This document shows, in pieces, positions 19,318 through 28,468 of a stretch of 64,000 nucleotides of DNA (position 1 is the first letter of the stretch; each line of letters opens with the position of its first letter). The translations under genes were made by a program, and so were the position numbers. The notes under the pieces are model-generated. The model saw only the letters and a list, made by a program, of their open reading frames with translations. It made no database searches and was not told the origin of the DNA. Origin of the DNA: an uncultured virus (IMG/VR IMGVR_UViG_3300045210_000027) (lineage: Duplodnaviria; Heunggongvirae; Uroviricota; Caudoviricetes); IMG/VR virus record IMGVR_UViG_3300045210_000027; one strand, written 5' to 3'.

Positions 19318-20949
19318 TCACGCGAGCATCAGGTCGCGCTCTTCGTAGACGGACGGTGGTGCCTCTTCGGGCGGCAGGCCGGCGAGCCACACGGCCCCGG
19401 TGATGGCCGCGAGCGGGGCCGCGTCCACCGGGGACTTCGCGCGGTCGATGATCACGACGCCGTCACCGGCGGCCTTGGTCTGGGCGTTGTCCGCAGCGAT
19501 GTCGAGGACCGGCTGGGGCAGGTGCCACAGGCGGCGGGGCCGCGCGTCCGGTGTCTCGTCCTCGGACGGCTCCCACAGGTGCGCGTGCACGAGGTCCCAT
19601 AGCTCGGAGAACGCGGCACCGAGCTGGGGCCCGGACCAGTCGACGAGCTCGACGCCTGGGATCGCTCCGAGGTCGGCCAGCAGGTTCGACACCGGTGCGC
19701 CACGCGTCTGCGCACACACCCGCATCGGGTTGTCCGGGGTCGCGCGTTCGCGGAACCAGTCCAGCGCCCACTCGATCCCGGCCTTCGAGGCGGCGATCTC
19801 GGCATGCACGTCGCCGTCCTCACGGTGGCCCGCGACCGCGATGTGCGCGGCCCCACGGTCCGACGAGACGTCCAGGCACCACGCCAGCGCCGCATCCTCC
19901 GGGATCGCCGATGCCGGGTCCTCCCCGGCCTTCCATGCCCCGGTCGGGAACGGGCCCACCGTGTCCCGGCCGGGCCACTGACACATGACCTCGGTACGGA
20001 ACACGAACTCGTCGTCCGACTCGAGCGCGGCCGCGAGCGTGCGCTCGAAGATCGTGTGCCCCAGCGACGGGTTGGACTCCGCCCACCCGTCACGGTCGTC
20101 GACCGCCCGGTCAGGGGCAGCGGACCACTCGAAGATGCCCAACGATGACGGCTCGGTCTCCTCCGCCTCGTCCGGTGCCGTGGACTCGACCGCGGTCGCG
20201 ATCTTGTCCGGGTCCCCAAGAGCCAGGTGTGCGACCTGCCGGAGGTGCCGCAGCACGACCGACGTCGCGTCACCGGCGTTGGACAGCGCCCAGACCTGCG
20301 CGTAGGCGCGTGCGAGGGTGGTCTTGGTGATCGCGCCCCAGGCCGCCCACGTCTGGTGCTCGCGCAGCTCGTCCAAGATGCACAGGTCTGAGGACAGCCC
20401 ACGGCCGCCGCGACGATTCGCGGCCTGCACCCGGTACCGGTGGCCGGTCCTGGTGCGGTCGTCGTTCCACAGCTCGAGCGCCTTCTTGCCGTTGACCTCG
20501 ACGATCTTGTTGATCATCGCGTCGAGCTCCGGCACGTCCTGCGCCATGTCCACCGCGCCGCGCCAGACCTCTTCGGCGATGTCGAGGTTCTGCGCCGTGC
20601 CGATCACGAGGCTGACCTGACGGACGTACAGGAAGAACAGGGCGAGGATCTGCGCCAGCGTCGACTTGCCGTTCTGCCGGGCCACGAGCACCACGACCGT
20701 GCGGAACCGGAACGTGCCGTCCGGCAGGAGCTCGAGGGCGTGCGTCAGCAGCCACTTCTGCCACGGCAACGGCTCGATCCCGAGGACCTCGCGGGCGAAC
20801 TCGATAACCGCGAACCCCAGCGTGGTCGCCGGTGTCAGAGGGCGCAGCGGCGGAGTGAAGATCCGCGGCGTCTCCGACCCGAGGCGCTTAGGTCTTGCCG
20901 CCCGCGATCGACCGGAGGTGCGAGAGCTTGCCGCCGCCACCCGCACCAC
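19318..20949 (-). CDS. Terminase large subunit
   Basis: PWQ, VARQNGKS (Walker A), ILDELRE (Walker B), nuclease Asp residues. Confidence 0.95.
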   Translation of the reverse strand: MVRVAAASSRTSGRSRAARPKRLGSETPRIFTPPLRPLTPATTLGFAVIEFAREVLGIEPLPWQKWLLTHALELLPDGTFRFRTVVVLVARQNGKSTLAQILALFFLYVRQVSLVIGTAQNLDIAEEVWRGAVDMAQDVPELDAMINKIVEVNGKKALELWNDDRTRTGHRYRVQAANRRGGRGLSSDLCILDELREHQTWAAWGAITKTTLARAYAQVWALSNAGDATSVVLRHLRQVAHLALGDPDKIATAVESTAPDEAEETEPSSLGIFEWSAAPDRAVDDRDGWAESNPSLGHTIFERTLAAALESDDEFVFRTEVMCQWPGRDTVGPFPTGAWKAGEDPASAIPEDAALAWCLDVSSDRGAAHIAVAGHREDGDVHAEIAASKAGIEWALDWFRERATPDNPMRVCAQTRGAPVSNLLADLGAIPGVELVDWSGPQLGAAFSELWDLVHAHLWEPSEDETPDARPRRLWHLPQPVLDIAADNAQTKAAGDGVVIIDRAKSPVDAAPLAAITGAVWLAGLPPEEAPPSVYEERDLMLA

Positions 20950-21370
20950 CTCCCACGAGCTTCCGCGACGTCGGCGTACCGCCGAGCTCGCGCAGCACGT
21001 TCAGCATGTGCGGACCCAGGTTCAGTGCCTTGACCACGTTCTTCCCGTCACCGGACTCGAACGCCTGATCGATACCGTCAGCGAACCGACGAGCCAGCTC
21101 GACCGCCGCCCCGTCCGACGTCGCGAGCCACGACATGCTCTGCACCGCCGCGTCCAGCTGCTCGCGCAACTTGCCGGGCGTGCCCATCTCGCCGACCTGG
21201 GGCGGCTCGATACCGGCCTTGACCCAGCCGCGGATCGTCGACGCTGGAATGCCCATCGCCTCAGCCGCATGCTTGAGCGCCTTCGTCTGTGACAGGTCGA
21301 GGTTGTTCAGCGCCGCGACGTACTTGCCGACGGCCGCGCGCTTGATCTCGTCCGAGTAGATCGATGGCAC
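20888..21370 (-). CDS. Terminase small subunit with N-terminal HTH
   Basis: GIPASTIRGWV HTH; D.AAV.LAR..A..ID and L.ELGGTP motifs. Confidence 0.75.
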   Translation of the reverse strand: MPSIYSDEIKRAAVGKYVAALNNLDLSQTKALKHAAEAMGIPASTIRGWVKAGIEPPQVGEMGTPGKLREQLDAAVQSMSWLATSDGAAVELARRFADGIDQAFESGDGKNVVKALNLGPHMLNVLRELGGTPTSRKLVGGGAGGGGKLSHLRSIAGGKT

Positions 21371-21374
21371 GAGA

Positions 21375-21839
21375 TCACCACCTTCTCGACGTCGCGCCCA
21401 ACGGCAGCGTGGTGCGGTCCAGGAAGTCCCACCCCGGGAAGATCTCCACGCCGTCCTCGGCGTCGAACGCCTCGAACCACGTGCGCACCGCGGCGATGCC
21501 CTGCACGAAGTCCGCGCGCCGCCGGTCACGGACCCGCTCACGCAGCGTCGTCTCGTCCTCCGCGAGGAGGAAGCAGTGCGTGGCCGCGACCAGCCGGCAG
21601 GCCGAGGCCCTCGCCGACGACGTAGCGCCCGACCGGATCACGACCGCCCGAGCCGCGCGATCCGACCGCAAGCCGGCGAGCGCCCGGCGGAACATCTTCT
21701 CGCCCGTCCAGCGCTCGTCGTCGCGGTCGTAGACCGTCAGGCCCGATGCATGCGCCGCGGTCGTCTTGCCGGCGCCTGGTGGGCCGCAGAGGACGACGAC
21801 GGTGCGGTGCGGGGATGCCGTGGCGGTCACGTCGATCAC
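21375..21839 (-). CDS. P-loop NTPase / kinase-like protein
   Basis: GPPGAGKTT Walker A. Confidence 0.75.
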   Translation of the reverse strand: MIDVTATASPHRTVVVLCGPPGAGKTTAAHASGLTVYDRDDERWTGEKMFRRALAGLRSDRAARAVVIRSGATSSARASACRLVAATHCFLLAEDETTLRERVRDRRRADFVQGIAAVRTWFEAFDAEDGVEIFPGWDFLDRTTLPLGATSRRW

Positions 21840-21970
21840 CGCTTTTCGTTGGAACTGTGCGGGAAATGGGGGGAGGGGGGTCGGGGGGAAACCTTCACTC
21901 CCCCCGGCAACCCGGGCGCGGCCGGGGCCCGAGGGATTCCGACGCCCCTACCCCCGCGGCACGCCCCCGC
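21840..21970. other. Probable cos / packaging-initiation region of phage A
   Basis: G/C-run-rich intergenic gap between the HNH gene and the terminase operon (inference from synteny). Confidence 0.45.
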
Positions 21971-22300
21971 TCACCAGGACCTCGACGTCATGCCGAGCCC
22001 CGTGAGCTCGGCCGGTTTCGTCTGGCGGCGGCCGTTGCATGCCTTGTGCGAGGGACGAAGGTTCTCGTACACCTCAGCGAGATCGGGACGCAGTTTCGGC
22101 CGGATCACGTGGTCGGCCTCGAAGGAGTCAGGCGTGCCCGCCTTCGCCGAGTAGTCGATGGGCTGGCGGCAGATCCAGCAGGCGGCGTCGACTCGTTCGC
22201 AGTCCGACCGGAACGCGGCTTGGAGTTTGCGCCAGGAGTGCGTCGTCCGCCCCGGGATGCCACCCGCCACCGCGATCACCCCTCGCGACTCGCTTGGCAT
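21971..22300 (-). CDS. Terminase-associated HNH endonuclease
   Basis: CWIC...DH...NLRPSH..CN. Confidence 0.88.
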   Translation of the reverse strand: MPSESRGVIAVAGGIPGRTTHSWRKLQAAFRSDCERVDAACWICRQPIDYSAKAGTPDSFEADHVIRPKLRPDLAEVYENLRPSHKACNGRRQTKPAELTGLGMTSRSW

Positions 22301-22358
22301 GACGAAGCCCCCGACCACTGGTCGGAGGCGGAAGTGGGGACAGGTATCCCTACGGGGG

Positions 22359-22655
22359 TCAGTGTTGCACAAGGGGCGGGGGGCCTGCCACAGGGGCCCC
22401 CCGGGGCGTGTCGCCCAGGGGGGCCCGGGTACCGCTGGGGGCGGGGGTACCCCGGGGCCTGCGCCGGGGGTGGGTCCGCGCGGCACGCTCCGCGTCGAGG
22501 ACGTCGTCCCAGCACACCCACCGCTCACCATCGACGAGCTGCGAGCGCACGCGACCACGCGAGACCCACGACCGGACCGTGCCCGCCGCGACAGCCGGCA
22601 GGCGGGACGGGATCTCGCCCTGCCGGAACCACTGCCGGCCCATCGGGTCACGCAT
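22359..22655 (-). CDS. HTH DNA-binding protein
   Basis: V.AGTVRSWVSRGRV (MerR/Xis-like HTH). Confidence 0.65.
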   Translation of the reverse strand: MRDPMGRQWFRQGEIPSRLPAVAAGTVRSWVSRGRVRSQLVDGERWVCWDDVLDAERAARTHPRRRPRGTPAPSGTRAPLGDTPRGAPVAGPPPLVQH

Positions 22656-23514
22656 CCCGCACCGCCCGAGCAACCAGTCGGCGCCGAGCCTCGGCCCGCT
22701 GCTCGCGACTCTGGTCGCGCCGGCTCACGGCCGCCGCGACGACCGACGCCCGCAGGCGCTGGTCCCACTCGTGCTCATCGAGCCAGGCGCCGCACTCCGA
22801 ATGCGAGCACACCACCTGCACCGGGGCGCCGAAGTAGGCCGGCGGGTGAACCTCGAGGGACTGGCGGTCGCACTCGGGGCACAACACCTCCGTCACCGGC
22901 CGCACGCGCTCGTCGACTGGGAACCGGGCACGCACGCGGGCCAGCAGGTCGCCGATCTCGGACCGCATCACCGGCGCCCACTCCTGCTCCACCAGCCACG
23001 ACATGTGCGGGATCATCCACCGCACCAGCGCCTCGATGCCCGTGACCTCCCAGCCCGGGCGCAGCCCCTGCGGCACGCCACGCGCGAGGTACGCCTCGCC
23101 GGTATCGCGATCGACCCGCGTCGATGTCGAGGACCACCACCAGCCCGCCCACGACGGTCCCGGCCCGCCGCGCCGCTCGACGAGCTCGAGCGCCCACGAG
23201 CCCAGCACGGCAGCGATCTCGTCCGCTGCCTCCACGGCCGGCACGATCACCGACCGCTCCGACGGACGAGATCCACCACCCGACGACGAATCCGCAGGCA
23301 GCACCCGGACGACAGGTTCAGCGATCTCCCGCAGATGAGCGACCAGCGAAGGTGCCGTCGCGACGTCCGAGCTCAGCACCCGGGCACACCGCGAGCACAG
23401 CCACCCGACCTCGGCCAGCCGAGGAGCACAGCCCCAGCACTCGTCTCCCGGGCAGTCCTCGAGGTGACGGTCCTTGACCGTGCACCCATGCCCACACCAC
23501 CGCAGCTCACTCAC
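22648..23514 (-). CDS. Cys-rich zinc-ribbon protein (probable late regulator)
   Basis: Multiple CxxC pairs; position at end of early operon. Confidence 0.6.
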   Translation of the reverse strand: MSELRWCGHGCTVKDRHLEDCPGDECWGCAPRLAEVGWLCSRCARVLSSDVATAPSLVAHLREIAEPVVRVLPADSSSGGGSRPSERSVIVPAVEAADEIAAVLGSWALELVERRGGPGPSWAGWWWSSTSTRVDRDTGEAYLARGVPQGLRPGWEVTGIEALVRWMIPHMSWLVEQEWAPVMRSEIGDLLARVRARFPVDERVRPVTEVLCPECDRQSLEVHPPAYFGAPVQVVCSHSECGAWLDEHEWDQRLRASVVAAAVSRRDQSREQRAEARRRLVARAVRDA

Positions 23515-24547
23515 GATGACTGCCCCCGGACCTACGGGCACCACGCCTACCCCTCCGCCTGCGAGCGCCTGGTGGTCTCTCCTGTGGCCCGAGTGCGGGG
23601 TGGTGGTTCCCGTCCTGGCCCGAGGCATGCCCGAGCCCGTCCGGTCCCGTCCTGGCCCGTCCTGGCCCGCCCCTGCCTGTCCTGTCCCGTTCCCTACCCG
23701 AGCCAGTCCCGTCCCGTCCCGACCCGGCAAGAGGACTCTTGTCGACCTGCGAGTCTGAGACTCGTCTTGAGACTCGGGTCGCGGTGGCGGCGGTGTCCGC
23801 GCTGCTCGACGGCGCTTCGGGTCGCACACCCTGGCGGGGTGCGGGGTCCGAGCTGCCGGTCGGCGCTGCGGGTCGCTGCTCGGTGACCTTGGTGGTCGCC
23901 TCGCGGTATCCGTGTTCGGTGAGGTACTTCGCGGTCGTGTCGCCGTAGGTGGGCGCCTTCGGTGCCGGAAGTATCGGGTGGTCGTCGTCCCAGCCTGGGT
24001 TGTCCTTGCGGGCGGAGTTGCAGCCGAGGCAGAGCACGAACATCGTGTCGATGGTCGCGGCGGTCTTGGGGTGGAGGTGGTCGAGGGTGCCCGTGCGGCT
24101 GGACGTCTTGCCGCGCCAGTGGACGCCGATGCCGCAGCGCCGGCAGTTGTCGCCGTCGCGTGCGAGCACGGGTGCCTTGATGCGGGGGTCTCGGGTGTCG
24201 TTGCGCTGCTGGCGTTCCCACTCGATCTCCGTGCGGGTGCGCATGTGCAGGAAGTCGGGGTCCTCGACGATCCGGTACGAGGGTGCTCCGGTCGAGGTTG
24301 TCGTCTCGGTCAGCAGGCCGGCGGTGATCGCGACGCGCACGAGCTCGTCAGTCCGCGCGCCTCCGATCATCTCGACGGTGCCGACGTCGACGAGGTAGTC
24401 GGTCATGTGCGCGGCCGCCTGCGCGGCGAGCCGGAACACGAAGCCCGCGACCTCGTTGACCGTGCGCGAGTCCGCGCCGGGTACGCCGCGGGCGCCCGTC
24501 AGTGCTGGGTAGGTCGCGGCGTTGTCGCCCGTCTTGAGCCACGGCAC
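23507..24547 (-). CDS. Replication initiator-like protein with HNH-type domain
   Basis: MPWLK.GD N-terminus; RDG..C..C...DH...C..CN; repeat-rich 3' end. Confidence 0.65.
   Translation of the reverse strand: MPWLKTGDNAATYPALTGARGVPGADSRTVNEVAGFVFRLAAQAAAHMTDYLVDVGTVEMIGGARTDELVRVAITAGLLTETTTSTGAPSYRIVEDPDFLHMRTRTEIEWERQQRNDTRDPRIKAPVLARDGDNCRRCGIGVHWRGKTSSRTGTLDHLHPKTAATIDTMFVLCLGCNSARKDNPGWDDDHPILPAPKAPTYGDTTAKYLTEHGYREATTKVTEQRPAAPTGSSDPAPRQGVRPEAPSSSADTAATATRVSRRVSDSQVDKSPLAGSGRDGTGSGRERDRTGRGGPGRARTGPDGLGHASGQDGNHHPALGPQERPPGARRRRGRRGARRSGGSHRE
23630..23726. repeat. Degenerate pentamer array (CCCGT/CCTGG/CCTGT), possible origin of phage A
   Basis: About 18-19 tandem imperfect 5-mers inside the replication gene. 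Confidence 0.6.
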
Positions 24548-24570
24548 CCGGGCTCACCATCCTCTCGGTC

Positions 24571-24678
24571 TCAGCTGCTGCACCGGCATTCCCCGGTGAT
24601 CGGATTGATCCACCCGTCGCAGGACGGGCACCGCTCACGCTCTGCGAGCGGCGGGCGGGTCTGGTTGGTCGTTGTCAT
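24571..24678 (-). CDS. 35-aa zinc-finger peptide
   Basis: GAGGAGG RBS; CPSC...CRC. Confidence 0.55.
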   Translation of the reverse strand: MTTTNQTRPPLAERERCPSCDGWINPITGECRCSS

Positions 24679-24786
24679 CTGGTCTCACCTCCTCGGGGTG
24701 TTCTCGTGCGTCGTGGTCACGCTTGAGGGACGCGACCGGGAAACGGCGCGGTGGCCAGCACCGGACGCAGGTCCAGGCGTCACCCC

Positions 24787-24984
24787 TCACGGCTCGATCC
24801 CCAGCACGTGGTCAGGGACACCCGGGAACCACGAGCGGAGGATGGTGTCGCCCTGCTCGGTCTCGAGGTCCCTGGCCTTGCAGAGCATGCGGACGAGGTG
24901 ACGGGCCTCCGCGACCTCGTGCCGCAGTGCTTGCGAGCGCCGGCGGCGGTCCGAGCGGCGCTTGCGATCCCGTGACCGGCTCAT
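24787..24984 (-). CDS. Hypothetical protein
   Basis: ATGA overlap with upstream ORF. Confidence 0.5.
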   Translation of the reverse strand: MSRSRDRKRRSDRRRRSQALRHEVAEARHLVRMLCKARDLETEQGDTILRSWFPGVPDHVLGIEP

Positions 24985-25553
24985 CGCTCGCCCGCGACTT
25001 CCTGCGGAGTGTGGACACAGCGGTTAGGGCGTACCGTCGCGACATGGGAACTCTGATAGTGGTGCTGCTCGTCGCCTGGTTGATCCTGTCGATCGTCGGA
25101 TTCATGCTTAAGGGACTGCTCTGGCTGGGTCTTATCGGTGTTGTGCTGTTCGTCGGCACCGCCGTGATCGCCGTGATTCGCCGCAAGGCTCACCGTCGGG
25201 ACTCGCCTCCCGCTCCCTGAGCGCGAGACGGCGGCCGTTTCTGCGTGCCGACGTTCCTGACTGCGCGGTCGTGCCGCTGCCGTCTCATCCATCGCGCCGG
25301 CACACAGTGCGCGGCATGCGTCCGCGACCTCACGATCCGACCCCGTCAGGACGATGTCCCGCAGGTGCCGCAGCTCGCCGGACCGGACGATCGTCACCGG
25401 CACCACGTTGTCGAGGCGGTCGGTGCCGTCCCGGTAGAGCCGCTGCCCCCCACCGATCGCCTGGTAGTGCCCTGCCAGGTCACGCACGAAGTAGTCCGGC
25501 CGGCCACCGGACGGGGTGGCCTCGATCAGGTACGCCGTCGGCCAGGAGGCCAT
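24981..25553 (-). CDS. Hypothetical early protein (homolog at 62369-62974)
   Basis: TGATG-coupled start; conserved in both phages. Confidence 0.65.
   Translation of the reverse strand: MASWPTAYLIEATPSGGRPDYFVRDLAGHYQAIGGGQRLYRDGTDRLDNVVPVTIVRSGELRHLRDIVLTGSDREVADACRALCAGAMDETAAARPRSQERRHAETAAVSRSGSGRRVPTVSLAANHGDHGGADEQHNTDKTQPEQSLKHESDDRQDQPGDEQHHYQSSHVATVRPNRCVHTPQEVAGER
25044..25220 (+). CDS. 58-aa two-TM membrane protein, probably leaderless
   Basis: Hydrophobic; copy at 62432-62608 has synonymous/conservative changes; TACCGT -10 six nt upstream of ATG. Confidence 0.8.
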   Translation: MGTLIVVLLVAWLILSIVGFMLKGLLWLGLIGVVLFVGTAVIAVIRRKAHRRDSPPAP

Positions 25554-25729
25554 CACATCCACCCCCACGCGGTGGCGAGCGCCTTCACGGCGTAGCCGAC
25601 GAGGGTGAGTAGGCCGATCATGATGGCGACGCCGATCAGGCACAAGATCGTTGCGCCGATGACGCGGCCAACGACACCGGGTCGGTGGCCGGGGCGGCGG
25701 CCTGGGCGGCGGGGGGATTCGTTCAGCAT
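25553..25729 (-). CDS. Small membrane protein
   Basis: GGAGG RBS; single long hydrophobic stretch. Confidence 0.6.
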   Translation of the reverse strand: MLNESPRRPGRRPGHRPGVVGRVIGATILCLIGVAIMIGLLTLVGYAVKALATAWGWM

Positions 25730-25732
25730 GGG

Positions 25733-26191
25733 TCAGTCCTCCGTGGGTAGAGCGGTGATGGTCAGGCGCACGGTGTGCGTGCCCTTGGGGGCGCGGAGTG
25801 GGGAGTGCTCCCAGGACTCGCGCCGGATGTGGAGCTGGCTGTCGCCGCCCAGCAGGCCCTCGCGCACGTACTGATCCAGCAGGGCCTTGCACACCGGCTG
25901 GGAGTTCGATGCGTCCGCCTCGCCGGCCGTCGGGTAGCCGATCGTCCACAGCACATCCACCAGGCCGGCCACCGTCACGACGGGCCTGCCCGCAGCCGCG
26001 TAGGCGGCCCTCGCGAGCCACCTCAGCTGTTCCTTCATCGCGGTGTGGTGGTGGACGTTGCGGGGGAACCGGTTCGAGGTGAACCACGCGGAGGCAGGGA
26101 TGACGACCTCGAGGCCGGCACCGATCTCGGCATCGCTCAGGTCACAGCGGAAGCAGCCCGGGACGTTGGCGCGGTGATCGTGCGCGGTCAT
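25733..26191 (-). CDS. RusA-like resolvase
   Basis: D..N.....K.L.D....G.L..DS motif (partly degenerate). Confidence 0.6.
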   Translation of the reverse strand: MTAHDHRANVPGCFRCDLSDAEIGAGLEVVIPASAWFTSNRFPRNVHHHTAMKEQLRWLARAAYAAAGRPVVTVAGLVDVLWTIGYPTAGEADASNSQPVCKALLDQYVREGLLGGDSQLHIRRESWEHSPLRAPKGTHTVRLTITALPTED

Positions 26192-26460
26192 GTCGTCTCC
26201 ATTCCGGTGAGCAGCGAGGGCGTGCCAAGCTCGTCGACGTCGCCCGTCGAGACGTCGCCCCTCGGGACGGCGACCATGGGGACGATGTCGATGAGGTCGC
26301 AGTACTGGTGATCGGCCCAGTGCTGGCCGTCGATGCTGACGGCGTCGCCTCGGGCGATGAGTGCCCACACGGTGCGGAGTCGCTCGGTGAGGTGGGGTGC
26401 TCGGTGCACGCGGGTCGCCTCGACGAGGTGCCCGTGGTCGGGGGTGGGCCAGGAGGTCAT
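26188..26460 (-). CDS. Hypothetical protein
   Basis: ATGA-coupled. Confidence 0.55.
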   Translation of the reverse strand: MTSWPTPDHGHLVEATRVHRAPHLTERLRTVWALIARGDAVSIDGQHWADHQYCDLIDIVPMVAVPRGDVSTGDVDELGTPSLLTGMETT

Positions 26461-26699
26461 GCGGCTTTCGCCTGCCGGTACTGCATGGCCTGCATCTCGG
26501 CCCGCAGCTCGTTGGGGTCGGCGGCCGCACACTCGGGGCACGTGGCCCGGCCGACCGTGAACGTGAGCCGCGCGCCGGCACTGTCGGCGTCGGTGACGTC
26601 GAGGACGGTGCGGCCGCAGGCGGTGCCCATGTCGGGCAGCACCATGTGCGTCCTGGACGGGGCGATCTCCGCGGCGAGGAGGTCGAGGAGGTCGGTCAT
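26457..26699 (-). CDS. Hypothetical zinc-binding protein
   Basis: H...ACG...TCPEC; ATGA-coupled. Confidence 0.55.
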   Translation of the reverse strand: MTDLLDLLAAEIAPSRTHMVLPDMGTACGRTVLDVTDADSAGARLTFTVGRATCPECAAADPNELRAEMQAMQYRQAKAA

Positions 26700-27202
26700 G
26701 CCGTCACCTCGAGGAGGTCGAGCATGCTCGGCGTACCGAGGTCGTCCGGGACACCAGAGGGAGCGGCGGCGACGGCAGCGACCAGGGCCGCCGCCAGCGC
26801 ACGGTCCAATCGGATGTGCTCGGCGACCGCGCGACGATCCCGCTCGCGCTGCTCGTCGGTCACGGTGCCGTCGATGTACCCGAGGGAGTACTCGTGCGCG
26901 GCGGCGCAGTACTCCGCATATGCGGTCCGCTCCTGAGCGCGCAGGGCCAGCATCGGTTTGAAGTCGAGGCGGGCGACCAGTTCCTTGCGGATCTGCGCCC
27001 ACGTCGCGTCGGGGCTGCTGGCGTGGGGGTTACTCGTCGTCGCCCAGACGCCCTTCGGGGTCGCGCAGCCCTGCGCGTCGGCGCCGTGCCAGCCGTGATT
27101 CTCGGGCTTGTGGCAGTCGCCGTCGAAGAGCAGGTCGGCGTACTCCCGGTACAGGTTGCGCACCGTCAACTGGATGACGTCCCAGACGTCGAGGTCGCTC
27201 AT
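26696..27202 (-). CDS. Hypothetical protein
   Basis: ATGA-coupled. Confidence 0.6.
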   Translation of the reverse strand: MSDLDVWDVIQLTVRNLYREYADLLFDGDCHKPENHGWHGADAQGCATPKGVWATTSNPHASSPDATWAQIRKELVARLDFKPMLALRAQERTAYAEYCAAAHEYSLGYIDGTVTDEQRERDRRAVAEHIRLDRALAAALVAAVAAAPSGVPDDLGTPSMLDLLEVTA

Positions 27203-27465
27203 GCTGCGGCCTCCCGTGCTGCTCGGCGTCGGGCGTACCGCTCGGCGGGGGACTCTCCGCCGTACATGCCGAACATGTCGTCGGGTCTGTTCGGCTCGAA
27301 GCTGTCGGCGTAGTCGCGGCAGGCGGCCTTGACGGGGCAGGTGTCACAGATGGCCCTGGCGCGGCCGGCGGTCTCACCCTTGCCGGGGAACCACGCGTCC
27401 GGCCAGGACTGCGCGCAGAGCGCTTCGTCCATCCAGGGCTGCGGGGACAGGTTGGCGAGAGTCAC
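27199..27465 (-). CDS. whiB: WhiB-family transcription regulator
   Basis: W...ALC....D.WFP...C..CPV...C...G.YGG. Confidence 0.9.
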   Translation of the reverse strand: MTLANLSPQPWMDEALCAQSWPDAWFPGKGETAGRARAICDTCPVKAACRDYADSFEPNRPDDMFGMYGGESPAERYARRRAAREAAA

Positions 27466-27641
27466 GCCGCGACCGCCCGCCTGGCGAAGGCCCCCTGCAG
27501 GCGGCGGTGGACGGCGGGCGGGAAGAACTCGTACCGGTCGACACACGCCTTGCAGATCGCCCACTCGTACCCGTGGACATTGATGTGCGCGAGCTCGAGC
27601 CCCTCGGCCCGGCAGGTGAAGCAGCGCGGCCGGCAGGTCAT
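27462..27641 (-). CDS. 59-aa zinc-finger protein
   Basis: CFTC...CKAC; coupled on both sides. Confidence 0.55.
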   Translation of the reverse strand: MTCRPRCFTCRAEGLELAHINVHGYEWAICKACVDRYEFFPPAVHRRLQGAFARRAVAA

Positions 27642-28468
27642 GACTTGCCCCCAGACACGACCTGCAACGCACCGTGCATGATCCGGCGAGAAAGCTCGGC
27701 GGCGAGGTCGCCGACGTCACCCCTCGCGGCCGCGGAAGCCTGGTCCGCGAAGTCGCGCATGAGAGAGACCTGCACGTTGCCGGCGGTCAGATCGCGGGTC
27801 TCCGCTGCCAGGTGGTGGAGCCCGACGAACCGGCCCCCCACAGGGCGGACGATGAGCGTGTTCTCGACGGACCCAACGGTCACGGTCTCGCTGAACAACG
27901 CGGCCGCCTTCACGAGCTTCTGCAGCGCACCGATGCGGCCACCGACCAGCGGCCCGGCCGGCTCGATCACGCGAAGCACCGCCGCGACGTTCGCAGGCAC
28001 GTCCGGGTAGTCGTCCTTGCCGTCGCTATCCACGTGGGCCTTCACGAGCGGGACCTTGACCTGCCGGGCGCCGAACAAGGTGCCAACCTCGGTCAGGCTC
28101 AGGTGGTCCGCGCCCTGGTTCCCGTCGGGGAGGATTTTGCCGGGCACGACGAGAAGCTCGAGAGGCTCCTTGTCCCACACCGCGGCGAGATCCTTCGCGG
28201 ACGGCTTTCGGATGACCGCGAGCGCGGCCTGCGCCTCGGCGATCTCCATGTCGAAACCGTCAGCGTCACCGCCGGGCGCGTCTTCGATCTCGCAGACCGC
28301 GACTGCTTCCGCCCCGTTATCGGTCGTCCACGCCACCAGGCCATCGCCCGTGGGCAAGAACCGGATCCGGCCCAGCGACGGTGTGTCGTCCGTCTGCTTG
28401 CCAGCCAGCGGCACCAGAGCGGCGAGAGTGGCCCGGAACTCGCCGCGCTTCACGACAAGGTGAGTCAC
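27638..28468 (-). CDS. Hypothetical protein, possibly sliding-clamp-like fold
   Basis: TD, YPD and V.LM pattern reminiscent of beta-clamp repeats. Confidence 0.45.
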   Translation of the reverse strand: MTHLVVKRGEFRATLAALVPLAGKQTDDTPSLGRIRFLPTGDGLVAWTTDNGAEAVAVCEIEDAPGGDADGFDMEIAEAQAALAVIRKPSAKDLAAVWDKEPLELLVVPGKILPDGNQGADHLSLTEVGTLFGARQVKVPLVKAHVDSDGKDDYPDVPANVAAVLRVIEPAGPLVGGRIGALQKLVKAAALFSETVTVGSVENTLIVRPVGGRFVGLHHLAAETRDLTAGNVQVSLMRDFADQASAAARGDVGDLAAELSRRIMHGALQVVSGGKS

